Shown here: piece by piece, positions 1 to 13,839 of the stretch
How the letters are laid out: every line of letters begins with the position of its first letter
Numbering within the stretch: position 1 is the first letter of the stretch
Translations under genes and position numbers: made by a program
Source: Methanotrichaceae archaeon
GTDB lineage: Archaea; Halobacteriota; Methanosarcinia; Methanotrichales; Methanotrichaceae
DNA: 55,397 nt
Reading direction: 5' to 3'
NCBI GenBank assembly: GCA_963754945.1
Contig: CAVWIG010000020.1
Coordinates: 1-55,397, forward strand
Notes under the pieces: model-generated
The model's input: the letters and a program-made list of their open reading frames with translations, nothing else
What the model was told of the DNA's origin: nothing
Database searches by the model: none

Positions 1-1755
1 AACCAGAGCTGTGAGGTTCAAGTAGGCATTTGGATTGCCCCGCTGGGTGCCAATGACACACTGCGAGGGAAGATGAAAGGCACTTTATCATCCCTCTGTG
101 GTCCAGCTACGATATTGCAGAGCGTTGTAGAAGCAGAGCCGCTTGCCAGCTTGGGCTACATAGGAACAGAAGATGGAGTGCTAGCCACCTGGCCAAATAT
201 AGATAATGAACTCTCGAAACAGGCTCCGTTCGATTACAGGGAAACATCTTGGTACATTACAGCCAAGAGCATCGGAAAAACAACCTGGACAACGCCTTAC
301 ACCGATTCAAGAGGGTCCTTAACCATAACCTGCTCAACTCCAATTCGCCGTGGTGATCAGATGTTCGGGGTTGCCGGGATGAACGTTTCTCTGGCTTCTG
401 TCTACAACGACCTGACAACTCTTGGCGGGCGGGGCTATCCTTTCATAGTTGACGAATCGGGCTCCGTTTTAATGCGGTCGTCTGCCAGCCCTAGAGGCCA
501 GCTGGTCCATCTCTTCGATTCTGAAAACTTCTATGAGTCAAACAGCTCTGAGATCCGAGAGTTAGTTCGCAACATGCTCCATGGCGAGACGGGATCTGCA
601 GTAATAGGCCTAGGAAAGGGTGATGGGTATGTGGCCTATGCTCCAATAACGACTCTCGGTTGGAGCTTTGGGATAGCCTATCCTGCAGAGGAGATGAGTC
701 TGCCTGCCAGGTTTATAGATGCCGGAATCAGAGAAACAGCCAAAGGCGTAACCCAGGGGCTAGCCGACGCGGTCAGAGTGACCAGGGAATCTGCTATAGC
801 TATCGTTATTTTGACTGGTCTTATTGCGGCATCATTCGGATTCCTGATGAGCCGGAAGATTGAGGGCCAGGCTAAAGACCTCGAGGAGGCAGCGGATAGG
901 ATTCGGAATGGTGACCTAGACATACCCGAAATATCCGCAGGTAATATTGGAATCATAGGTGCGGCCTTTTCGAACGTCTCAGAAGGCATGAAGCATTATC
1001 TCGCCGAAAGCGAGGCGATCGCAGAGGATCGCGGAGCCCACCAAAAGGAGATAGAGTTCTGGGGAAAGGTAAAACTTGGCCTCGCATTTGGTGACATCCC
1101 TCAGCCAGAAGGATACGAAATAGCAGCACTATCGATACCGTCTGTTGATAGCGGATTTGATTTTTTCGATGTGATGGATGTGGGAGAGGATAATGTTGCA
1201 ATTTCCATAGCAGAGGTTTCGGAAAGTGGGATAGCTGGTGCCATGCTGGCAGTCGCGTCCAGAGCAATAATACAGTCTTCTTCCCGGAATAAGGACCCTT
1301 CGAAGGTTCTGTCCGAGGTGAACCTTCAAATTAGCGAGCGCGCTCAGGGCAAGAATCTTGCTTGTTTTTACGCCGTACTTGATACCATAAAGCACACTAT
1401 GGAGTTCGTGAATGCTGGCTTTAACCCAGGCTTCATCGTTGACTCTGGTGGATCTGTAGACACACTTGGGGGTGGGGGCATTGCGCTAGGGGCTCTTGAT
1501 CGTCTGGATCTGCATCCGGAGCGCATACCTGTTCAGCAGGGCGACGTTTTGATGGTGTATTCGGATGGGGTTACAGAAGCCACAAATGCTTGGAGGGCAC
1601 AGCAAGGAGCAGAGCGCCTGATAACGGTAGTTAAGGAGAATAGATCTCTTTCTGCATCAGAAATTCTGAGCGTGATCGAGAAAGAGATGAGATTGCACAT
1701 AAAGGACCATCCGCTCAAGAATGATTCGACGCTCGTTATCCTCAAGAGGCTATGA
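1..1755 (+). CDS. Cache-HAMP-SpoIIE (PP2C-like) membrane sensor phosphatase, 5'-partial
   Basis: Frame is open from base 1. dCache motifs (DYRETSWY, WTTPYTD), a TM helix, a HAMP-like region and a C-terminal SpoIIE domain (GFDFFD, NAGFNP, YSDGVTEA). Confidence 0.85.
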   Translation, partial: NQSCEVQVGIWIAPLGANDTLRGKMKGTLSSLCGPATILQSVVEAEPLASLGYIGTEDGVLATWPNIDNELSKQAPFDYRETSWYITAKSIGKTTWTTPYTDSRGSLTITCSTPIRRGDQMFGVAGMNVSLASVYNDLTTLGGRGYPFIVDESGSVLMRSSASPRGQLVHLFDSENFYESNSSEIRELVRNMLHGETGSAVIGLGKGDGYVAYAPITTLGWSFGIAYPAEEMSLPARFIDAGIRETAKGVTQGLADAVRVTRESAIAIVILTGLIAASFGFLMSRKIEGQAKDLEEAADRIRNGDLDIPEISAGNIGIIGAAFSNVSEGMKHYLAESEAIAEDRGAHQKEIEFWGKVKLGLAFGDIPQPEGYEIAALSIPSVDSGFDFFDVMDVGEDNVAISIAEVSESGIAGAMLAVASRAIIQSSSRNKDPSKVLSEVNLQISERAQGKNLACFYAVLDTIKHTMEFVNAGFNPGFIVDSGGSVDTLGGGGIALGALDRLDLHPERIPVQQGDVLMVYSDGVTEATNAWRAQQGAERLITVVKENRSLSASEILSVIEKEMRLHIKDHPLKNDSTLVILKRL

Positions 1756-1897
1756 AAGACTTAATAATATATTTACTGCAATTCGCGACGTTTAGTCCCC
1801 CTTAAAACGGTCTCACATCGCCTTATTTGCAGTTCTCGTCTCCTTCCACTCATTCGTTAATTCTCTTCCTACACATACATCCAGTTCACAGCCAAGC

Positions 1898-2204
1898 TTA
1901 AATGATCGGTAGCATAGGAGGGGAATCCGGATACGTAGTTCAGTTCTCACTTGGGAGTTCTCTCGGATAGTAAAAGCCGAAAGTCTTCGTTCAATAGGAA
2001 ACGTTAAATAGTAGATCCGATTACCTATATGGGCCGATGTGCGAAACAGGCCAAAAGGTTTCTGGCGGGAAAGTCCCCGACAGAAACAGTTAAATACCAG
2101 GACCTGCTTTGTACGGAGGCCGAAAAAGGCACCGCAGAAGTAAAAGGCTACGGCTCTGATAAGAATGATGAGCCGAATTCCAAGCTGCGGTACAACAGTT
2201 TAAT
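1898..2204 (+). promoter_or_regulatory. Tandem TATA-box-like promoters of the rRNA operon
   Basis: TTAAAT(A)/TTTAAT boxes at 1898, 2004, 2090 and 2199, each preceded by an A-rich BRE-like stretch and spaced about 90-110 bp apart. Confidence 0.5.
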
Positions 2205-2289
2205 GTGGAGACAGGAAGAATGTCCTGTCTGACGCTAGTCTAGGCAACTCAGCCAATTCCCAACCGATAAAAAACAGTAATACTTCTCA

Positions 2290-3761
<1,472 letters not shown>

Positions 3762-3907
3762 AAAGATCGGGCGTGCATGTTACGCACGCCCCCCCAAACT
3801 TATATCGGTTAGGTCTTACGAAAGTAAGAGCCGCGACGTCAGGTCACGGCAAGCTGAAAAGTTACCAGGACTAGCAAAAGAGAATATAATATTTAGCGGA
3901 CAAGCTG

Positions 3908-3980
3908 GGGCTTGTAGCTCAGCTGGTAGAGCGCCGCCTTTGCAAGGCGGAGGCCCTGGGTTCGAATCCCAGCAAGTCCA
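3908..3980 (+). tRNA. tRNA-Ala (TGC)
   Basis: GGGCTTG/CAAGTCC acceptor stem, CCGCC-TTTGCAA-GGCGG anticodon arm, GGTTCGAATCC T-loop; lies in the 16S-23S spacer. Confidence 0.98.
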
Positions 3981-4107
3981 TTCAGATGCACCTATCGAGG
4001 GTGACTCGGTAGGGAAGGGCTGAGGCCTTACGAGGCCTAGGAAGCCGTGTATAAGCTTTGCGACCAGACGCTCACTGAGTTTAGTGGGGCATTAAAAAGT
4101 CTGCAAA

Positions 4108-6995
<2,888 letters not shown>

Positions 6996-7056
6996 AAGCT
7001 ACCGCTAAACTCGGGCGAAATCTGGATCGCAAAGCTGAATTAGATACACGACTTCT

Positions 7057-7133
7057 ATTCGATGGAAGGAATTGCAGATTCAAACTTGCAATGGCCTGAT
7101 ATTTCGGTTCGACTCCGAAGCCTTCAATCGAAT
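7057..7133 (+). other. tRNA-like structure in the 23S-5S spacer
   Basis: ATTCGATGGAAGG pairs with CCTTCAATCGAAT; internal ATTGCA/TGCAAT hairpin; T-arm TTCGG-TTCGACT-CCGAA. Confidence 0.65.
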
Positions 7134-7253
7134 ATGGCGGCCATAGCGGCAGGGTAACTCCTGAACCCATTCCGAACTCAGAAGATAAGCCTGCCCACGT
7201 TCCGTGCTGTACTCAGATGCGCGAGCTCTCGGGAAACGCGGATCGCTGCCATA
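7134..7253 (+). rRNA. rrf: 5S rRNA
   Basis: ATGGCGGCCATAGC...CCCATTCCGAAC...GCTGCCAT with paired terminal helix, about 120 nt. Confidence 0.97.
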
Positions 7254-7424
7254 TTCAACTATATTCTATTTTAGATCAATTTACGAAGCATGAGTTTTTT
7301 ATTATCATGATTCTGCTTAGCCTTGCAGCATGGTCGATGGGTGCCTATGCGCACGAAAAGGGAGGCCAAAGCAGCGGATCGATGCAATGTTCAACTAATC
7401 TTTCTTTTAGCAATTAGTTAACCT

Positions 7425-8183
7425 TTATGAATCTGTTAAAAAAGCAAATGATAAATTTAATATGGACTCGGCAATGTGAGGTTCAATGCTACTATTTTTC
7501 GGATGAGCAGATAGAATACGATATTGGTTCAATAATTGAATTAAAGGATAATACTTTTCTGGCATAAGCTTCCTAATTTCGTCATATCTAATATCATTAT
7601 CATTCTTATTAAATAATTGTATCAACTGGCCGAGGGTTCTAGACTCAAAATTTTCCGCATAGAGAGTTTCATTAATTCCTTTAATTTTCGAATGCAGCCT
7701 CGATTCTACTGCAGAAACTGCCATAATTGTGCATGAGAAATAGCAGCAATTAGAGAAGGCGACTATAGCTTCGTCCAATCTTTCTATTTCTTGCGGGGAT
7801 AGCTTATTTATTTTCTTTTTGACTAAGGGACTAATTCGAGACATTGCCACACTTAGAGAATTTATGGTCGTATCGAAATAATCTTTTGAACCCAAAAGCT
7901 GAGGATTTTTTAGATTTGTAATGAAATCCCTGACTTCCTCTAGGGCGAGTCTATTGGCGCCTGTAAGATTGCCAAGTAAAAGATAGTTTTCAAGATACCC
8001 TATTATTAATTCAACACGAGGATCGGATTCAAAAATCATTATACTAATTTTCCCTTCTTCGTCAAATGCCTCACTACCCTTGATTTCGTTTAGATAACGC
8101 TCCCAATACTTATCATACCAATCATTCTTTGTCAAATAAAGTAATGTATTATTCAGAGGTTCTTTAAGAATGCCGGTTATCAT
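7425..8183 (-). CDS. HEPN/DUF4145-like protein with RxxxxH motif
   Basis: AT-rich 252-aa ORF. C-terminal half has AVSAVESRL...TLGQLI...YRILSAHP, the HEPN helical pattern with R-x4-H. Confidence 0.65.
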   Translation of the reverse strand: MITGILKEPLNNTLLYLTKNDWYDKYWERYLNEIKGSEAFDEEGKISIMIFESDPRVELIIGYLENYLLLGNLTGANRLALEEVRDFITNLKNPQLLGSKDYFDTTINSLSVAMSRISPLVKKKINKLSPQEIERLDEAIVAFSNCCYFSCTIMAVSAVESRLHSKIKGINETLYAENFESRTLGQLIQLFNKNDNDIRYDEIRKLMPEKYYPLIQLLNQYRILSAHPKNSSIEPHIAESILNLSFAFLTDS

Positions 8184-8184
8184 A

Positions 8185-9455
8185 GGCAGTGTAACGATTT
8201 TTCTGTACTTTGATAATAAGAATGATTATCGGCCCTGTATCCTATCCAATCTTGAGAAAAGGAGGACACAGGACCATGATACCCATAGCACTCTTGGAAG
8301 ATTACCTTATCGATCAGGAAGATGGACTAAAGAAGCTTCTGACCTGGTTCTTGAACCTTGTAATGCAGCTAGAAGCGGCGCAACAGGCAGATGCAGAACC
8401 GTATCAGAGAGTCGAATCCCGAAAGGCACATAGGAATGGCTACAAGGAAAGATCTCTGAAGACGCGAGTTGGAGAGCTCCGACTCAAGAAACCTCAATTC
8501 CGTGAAATTTCCTTCGAAACCAAGGTGTTCGACAGATTTTCGCGCGTAGAGAAGGCTTTGGTCAACGCTGTACTCGAATCGTATCTCCAGGGGGTTTCAA
8601 CCAGGAGAATCCAAGATATTGTCTCTCGATTTGGCATCGAGAATTTATCTGCCTCTAGCGTTTCCAGGATATCCAAAGAGCTTGACGAGAAGGTAGAAGA
8701 ATTCCTGAAGAAACCTATCGAACGTCCTATTCCTTATCTTTATGTAGATGCAAGCTACTTCAAAGTAAGAACAGAATCAAGATATGTTACCAAAGCTTTC
8801 ATGATCGTCACAGGTGTTAGAGATGACGGTTATCGCGAGATACTTGGCGCAAGAATAGCTGACAGTGAAGATGAACTCTTCTGGTCGGGATTATTTCAAG
8901 ATCTGGCGGATCGTGGGTTGTCCGGAGTAAAGCTCGTGATATCAGATGGTCATAAGGGAATCCAGAAAGCGGTTGAGAAATCATTTCTTGGTGCTTCATG
9001 GCAAATGTGTCACGTTCACTTTTCAAGAGCGGTCTTGAGAAACGTTGCCAAGAAGTATCATAAGGAGATCGCCGATAAGATCAAGATCGCTCTGGAAGAC
9101 GAAATCAAGATACAGGACTTAGCGAAAGAATTGAGGGAAAGAGGTTATGCGAAATCTGCTGACACTATCGACCGCTTCAGATTCAGTCTGTGGAATTACA
9201 GGGCATTCCCCAGAGGTCACTGGAGAAGGATTCGGACTACAAACGGGCTGGAGAGGATCAACAAGGAGCTGAAAAGAAGATCCAGGGTAGTCGGTGCCTT
9301 CCCAAGTGAGAGCTCGTTCATGAGGTTAGGGGTTTCGATCCTCATCGATATCAACGAAGAATGGCTGACCGCTAAAAAGTATTTATCTATGGATGCTGAT
9401 TGAGTATGTTGGGATACAGGGCAACTCCAAATTACAGAAATCTCGGCACACTACC
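8185..9455 (+). mobile_element. IS256-family insertion sequence, complete
   Basis: IRL GGCAGTGTAACGATTTTTCTGTACTTTG; IRR (reverse complement) GGTAGTGTGCCGAGATTTCTGTAATTTG; 8-bp TSD TTATCATA at 8177-8184 and 9456-9463. Confidence 0.96.
8276..9403 (+). CDS. IS256-family (Mutator) transposase
   Basis: RNGY, LYVDA, ISDGHKG, WQMCHVHF and RTTNGLERINKELKRR motifs; GGAGG upstream of ATG 8276. Confidence 0.96.
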   Translation: MIPIALLEDYLIDQEDGLKKLLTWFLNLVMQLEAAQQADAEPYQRVESRKAHRNGYKERSLKTRVGELRLKKPQFREISFETKVFDRFSRVEKALVNAVLESYLQGVSTRRIQDIVSRFGIENLSASSVSRISKELDEKVEEFLKKPIERPIPYLYVDASYFKVRTESRYVTKAFMIVTGVRDDGYREILGARIADSEDELFWSGLFQDLADRGLSGVKLVISDGHKGIQKAVEKSFLGASWQMCHVHFSRAVLRNVAKKYHKEIADKIKIALEDEIKIQDLAKELRERGYAKSADTIDRFRFSLWNYRAFPRGHWRRIRTTNGLERINKELKRRSRVVGAFPSESSFMRLGVSILIDINEEWLTAKKYLSMDAD

Positions 9456-9656
9456 TTATCATATCGCCCTTACCATTTGTCTCTTCGTATATAGCATTGT
9501 GTTCTCATAATGGTTATAGCCTGAAATAACGATTGAATGATGCATTTGCAGCAATCTCGGGAAACACGATCGGGATTGAAGCAATGCCTAAGTACATCTA
9601 GACAGAAGGTAAACAACTTTTATATACATTATTAACGGATATTTCTACAAGTTCAA

Positions 9657-9875
9657 TTGCGTTACAGCATCTGCATTGGAGAAGACATGAGGCGCATGAT
9701 GGATGAACCACCTGATGTAAACTGGCAGTCAGAGATCCGTCAGATGGCGGAGAGAATGGTCAGGGAAAGGAAGAAGGCGAAACTCCTGGACGAAGCTAAA
9801 GCGCTCTGGAAACATCAGACACCTAATGAGATTGGAGCTGCTGCAATGATACGAGAGGATCGAGATGCCAGATAA
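9657..9875 (+). CDS. VapB-type antitoxin (start uncertain)
   Basis: VNWQSEIR and C-terminal AAAMIREDRDAR are typical of archaeal VapB; overlaps the start of a PIN-domain remnant. Confidence 0.65.
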   Translation: MRYSICIGEDMRRMMDEPPDVNWQSEIRQMAERMVRERKKAKLLDEAKALWKHQTPNEIGAAAMIREDRDAR

Positions 9876-10020
9876 AGCTGGTTCTTGATTCCAGCGTTAT
9901 CGCTGCCATTTTCTTCAAGAGGAGGCGTCACAGCGAATGTTAACGTGGTTGTAGCCCCGGATTTGATCACTATGGATCTTGCTGTCGCAGAAGTGGGGAC
10001 GTCGCCTGGAAGCAGTTCAT
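9865..10020 (+). pseudogene. Degenerate VapC PIN-domain toxin
   Basis: Across frameshifts reads MPDK/LVLDSSVIAAIFF...ITMDLAVAEVG/VAWKQ, then truncated. Confidence 0.7.
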
Positions 10021-10048
10021 AATGTCTGATTGAAGATAAAGATCTTAG

Positions 10049-10870
10049 ATGAGCGAAAAAATCTGGCATGAAGGAGAAAGGATGCCTGCGCTGTTCATTG
10101 GCCACGGCTCGCCCATGAACGTAATCCTGAAGAACGACTTTACGAAGAGCCTCGCTGATCTAGGCAGAACTCTGCCCAGACCAAGGGCGATAATGGTGAT
10201 CTCAGCCCACTGGCTGACAGACGGAACTTATGTTGCCTGCATGGGCAAGCCAAGGACGATTCATGATTTCTACGGATTTCCTGAAGAATTGTACAGTATT
10301 AGATATCCGAGTCCCGGTGCCCCTGATTACGCTAAGCTTGTTACGGAATCGGTAAATAAGGTCAAGGTGAAATGCGACTATGAATGGGGACTGGATCACG
10401 CTTCTTGGGCAATCCTGAAGCATATGTATCCAGAGGCAGACATACCCGTATTTGAGATGAGCCTTGATTATTCCTTCAACGATTGGAATCCAAGGCCTCT
10501 GCAGTACCACTATTTTGATCTGGCATCGGAGCTAGCAGAATCTAGGGAAAAAGGAGTCCTGATCATTGGCAGCGGCAACATCGTACACAATCTCAGGCTG
10601 ATTGATTTCGGTAACATCAACGCAAAGCCGTACGATTGGGCTGTCGAATTTGACGAGATGGCAAAGGCAAATCTGCTGGAATGGAATCCGAAAGGTTTGA
10701 TCAATTTTGGAAAAATGGGAAATGCAGCTTCTTATGCCGTGCCCACTCTCGACCACTACCTGCCGATGATATACACTATCGCGCTACGGGAAAAAGATGA
10801 ACCCATAGCCTTTACCTACGAAGGATTTCAACATGGATCAATCTCCATGAGATGTTTTCAGATTGGGTGA
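10049..10870 (+). CDS. ygiD: 4,5-DOPA extradiol dioxygenase family (LigB/YgiD)
   Basis: MPALFIGHGSPMN, ISAHW, WGLDHASW, GSGNIVHNL, PTLDHYLP. Confidence 0.9.
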   Translation: MSEKIWHEGERMPALFIGHGSPMNVILKNDFTKSLADLGRTLPRPRAIMVISAHWLTDGTYVACMGKPRTIHDFYGFPEELYSIRYPSPGAPDYAKLVTESVNKVKVKCDYEWGLDHASWAILKHMYPEADIPVFEMSLDYSFNDWNPRPLQYHYFDLASELAESREKGVLIIGSGNIVHNLRLIDFGNINAKPYDWAVEFDEMAKANLLEWNPKGLINFGKMGNAASYAVPTLDHYLPMIYTIALREKDEPIAFTYEGFQHGSISMRCFQIG

Positions 10871-11067
10871 ATCTCCGGTATCTTGTTTTTGGTTCTTTAT
10901 TTTCTCACAGAAGGATCCGGTCTTTAGTCCTACCCACTTCGTAAATGTCTTTATGCCTTAGCCGAAGACTCTGACATCATGTTAAAAAGGTATAATAAGT
11001 TTGAAGTTCAAGAATAGTGTTGCGGTTCTATTACAATCGCATTAAAATCATGCGGAGTGTGTATCCT

Positions 11068-12204
11068 ATGTCAGAAAAACGAAACGGGCATAATTTCCTT
11101 CAGTGGCGGATGTCGAAGTATCCGCTGGTCTGTTCAATTGTCTGTGCTATAGTGCTTGCCGTTTTTGTAGGCACCACTTTTGCACAAAATCCATCCGGAG
11201 GTGTGGCCAAGACCGGTCCAGTGACCTGGACGGTGCTGATGGGTGGAGAAGCCGCAGTCGAGCCTCAGGAGTATGGCCCATCAGGGGCCTGGCAGTTTAT
11301 GCGCTTCTATCCCGAGAACATTACCATCAATGTTGGCGATAAGATAGAATGGATTCTCAAAGGATCTGAGCCGCACACTGCAACCTTCCTCGGTCCAGGG
11401 GGAAAGATGCCCGACCTTCTAACTCCAGAAAATAATAGCAGTCATCGCTTGCTATTTAACCCACTTGTGATACTTCCTCAGGGTGGCCCGTCCTATAACG
11501 GGACTAAGCTGACTGGTTCAGGACAACTTGATGTGGAGCCGACTTTCCCCAGAGCTTACAACCTGACCTTCACCAAGCCAGGAACCTTCGAGTACTTCTG
11601 CGGCTTCCACAACATGATGAGAGGCAATGTCACTGTGCAGCCCGCAGGTAAGCCGTATCCCAAGACACAGGAGCAGATCGATGCTGAGGTTACGAAGCTT
11701 CTAGCGGCAGATATGAACGCGGCTTTAAGAGTTGAGCCTACAGTCGAAAATGTATCCACTCATCCTGGTCCGAACGGGACGACCATCCATGAGGTAAAGT
11801 TAGGTTATGGTGACGGACTCATTTCCTGGATGCGCTTTATCCCCACGAATCTGACCATTCATGCAGGTGATTCAGTTGAGTGGACTCGGGGAGATGTTGA
11901 GGTGCCCCACACTGTTTCCTTCCTGTCGGGAGGCAAGGAACCCGACCTTGTGCTGGTAGAACCCCAACAGAGAGGACCGCCAAAGTTCGTCCTAAATCCA
12001 ACAATGCAGATGCCTGCCGGTGGCAAGGTTTACAGCGGTAAGGACTACTTCAACTCCGGTGCCATCTGGGGGACGATGTTGCCCTTGCCAGGACCCCGCA
12101 GCTACAATCTCACTTTCGACACGATTGGAACTTACAAATATCTCTGTATTTTCCACGACTATATGGGCATGAAGGGCCAGATAACAGTGCTTCCAAAGGT
12201 TTAA
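11068..12204 (+). CDS. Secreted tandem cupredoxin (plastocyanin/azurin-like) protein
   Basis: Hydrophobic N-terminus; two domains, each with PHT..F and a type-1 Cu loop (YFCGFHNMM; YLCIFHDYMGM). Start could be 11068 or 11110. Confidence 0.85.
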   Translation: MSEKRNGHNFLQWRMSKYPLVCSIVCAIVLAVFVGTTFAQNPSGGVAKTGPVTWTVLMGGEAAVEPQEYGPSGAWQFMRFYPENITINVGDKIEWILKGSEPHTATFLGPGGKMPDLLTPENNSSHRLLFNPLVILPQGGPSYNGTKLTGSGQLDVEPTFPRAYNLTFTKPGTFEYFCGFHNMMRGNVTVQPAGKPYPKTQEQIDAEVTKLLAADMNAALRVEPTVENVSTHPGPNGTTIHEVKLGYGDGLISWMRFIPTNLTIHAGDSVEWTRGDVEVPHTVSFLSGGKEPDLVLVEPQQRGPPKFVLNPTMQMPAGGKVYSGKDYFNSGAIWGTMLPLPGPRSYNLTFDTIGTYKYLCIFHDYMGMKGQITVLPKV

Positions 12205-12242
12205 AAGATGTCAGGTACAACAAGAAGTGCCTGACAATCTTT
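12204..12242. terminator. Hairpin between convergent genes
   Basis: AAAGATGTCAGGTAC...GTGCCTGACAATCTTT followed by a T-run. Confidence 0.55.
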
Positions 12243-12270
12243 GATTTTTTTAAATAGCCGTCCGATTAGT

Positions 12271-13623
12271 CTAATTTACAAAGTCGTAGTTCCTATATCC
12301 GTATTCGTCTATGCCGGTAAAGACGAACTCATCAGTAAGATCAAGAATGCTCTTTGTCCTTCTTTTTTCGTGTAGCATCTCGTAATCCTCCAGGTTAATC
12401 TCGGTCCTTCCATTCAAGCGCTCCAGGATATTTCTTGGAGTCAATGGCTCCATATCAGGCTGAACAACCCCGGAGAAGACCATGGCCGAGCATCCGCTTC
12501 CGTAGGAGCAGAAGCAAACCCTCTCACCGGGAACAAGCTTGTGCAGTTCAGCCAGGCTGGCCAGACCGAGGTAAAGAGATCCGGTGTAAATGTTCCCCAC
12601 CTGTCTGGAGATTGTTGTGGAATCCTTAACCTTGGAGTTGTAGGCATCCAGGAATTGCTCGGTTTTGGAGAACTTCTTTCCAAAGGCTGCATCCACTGCC
12701 AGATACTCGTTTATATCACAGAAGGCATCCGGCAGCGGTTCCTCTCCGATCTTCGATTCGATGTCTTTCCACCTGGACAGATCTCGCCACTCAGCTCTGA
12801 AGATGGAAGCAGAGGCATACTCCGCCATCCTCGGATATGGTATATGAAAGAGAAGGTGAGCGAGGTGATCTGTAAGGCACTCATTATCGTTCAGCTTGAT
12901 CGTGCCAGTTCTCAAGGCTTTTTTCTTGTAGGAGGCAAAGGCCCTGTCTACGGCAGTTAAATAACAATCATTGCTTTTTTTGCCATGAACCACTGCTGTG
13001 CACGCACCGATAGGCCGGAAAAAGTCGTCCTCGTTCCTGATGAAGGAGCCCGTGAATCCATCCATTGACATTAGCCGTGGGTTCTTCCTGACCAGGAGGG
13101 AGACCGACCCCGCGCCCTGAGTGTATTCACCGGAGGAGTTCAGGCTGTACCTGGCGATGTCGGAGGCGATGACTATGCCAGCCTTGTCTTCGTCGTTCAA
13201 GGTCGCCCAGTTGCACAAGTTCTCCAGGGCATAGGTGGCGCCAATGCAGGCAGACTTCAGCTCAACAGTGGAGCATTCCTCGAAGGAGCCAGTACCGTAG
13301 ATCTTCTCCAGCATGCCTATTATGTAGGTACCTATGGCTTTGGCCTCGTCAACTCCCGACTCTGTGCCAACATAGATCTTGCCGATCTGGTCCGGCAACA
13401 GATCGTTCCTTCTCATGAGGTCCAGCATTGACATAGCACCCATGGTTGCGGCATCTTCATGGGCGTCAGGAATGCTCATCCTCTCGATACCTATCCCTTT
13501 GGTCAGCTTAGCCGGATCGATTGACCTGGAGGCGGCAAACTCCCCCGTAGTGGACAAGAAGAGCTTAGGCACGTACACCGATAGATCGTCAATTCCCACT
13601 GGGTCGCTGGCGAATTTGATCAC
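12271..13623 (-). CDS. Hydroxymethylglutaryl-CoA synthase, long (bacterial/haloarchaeal) type
   Basis: VGIDD, GTESGVD, ELKSACIG (catalytic Cys), GEYTQGAG, FHIPY, GNIYTGS, SYGSG; 450 aa. Confidence 0.9.
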   Translation of the reverse strand: MIKFASDPVGIDDLSVYVPKLFLSTTGEFAASRSIDPAKLTKGIGIERMSIPDAHEDAATMGAMSMLDLMRRNDLLPDQIGKIYVGTESGVDEAKAIGTYIIGMLEKIYGTGSFEECSTVELKSACIGATYALENLCNWATLNDEDKAGIVIASDIARYSLNSSGEYTQGAGSVSLLVRKNPRLMSMDGFTGSFIRNEDDFFRPIGACTAVVHGKKSNDCYLTAVDRAFASYKKKALRTGTIKLNDNECLTDHLAHLLFHIPYPRMAEYASASIFRAEWRDLSRWKDIESKIGEEPLPDAFCDINEYLAVDAAFGKKFSKTEQFLDAYNSKVKDSTTISRQVGNIYTGSLYLGLASLAELHKLVPGERVCFCSYGSGCSAMVFSGVVQPDMEPLTPRNILERLNGRTEINLEDYEMLHEKRRTKSILDLTDEFVFTGIDEYGYRNYDFVN

Positions 13624-13839
13624 TGAAATTGACCTCCTTAAACTCTGGTCCAGGTGTACAAATCATATTATTTCAGGGTTTTGTCAAAGGTCCAATCCTA
13701 TCCGCTTCTAATTCTCCTCTGATTCTTTCAGTTTCTCCTCTGGTATCCTCTTCTTTTATTCTTCACCTCGAACTACGACTTAGTAAAATATATCAACATG
13801 CAAGACAAATAGGACTCATAAATTTTAGGAGTGGTTAGC

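Noticed and set aside
7057-7133. Functional tRNA gene between 23S and 5S
   Set aside because: No D-arm and no 7-nt anticodon loop; kept only as a tRNA-like element.
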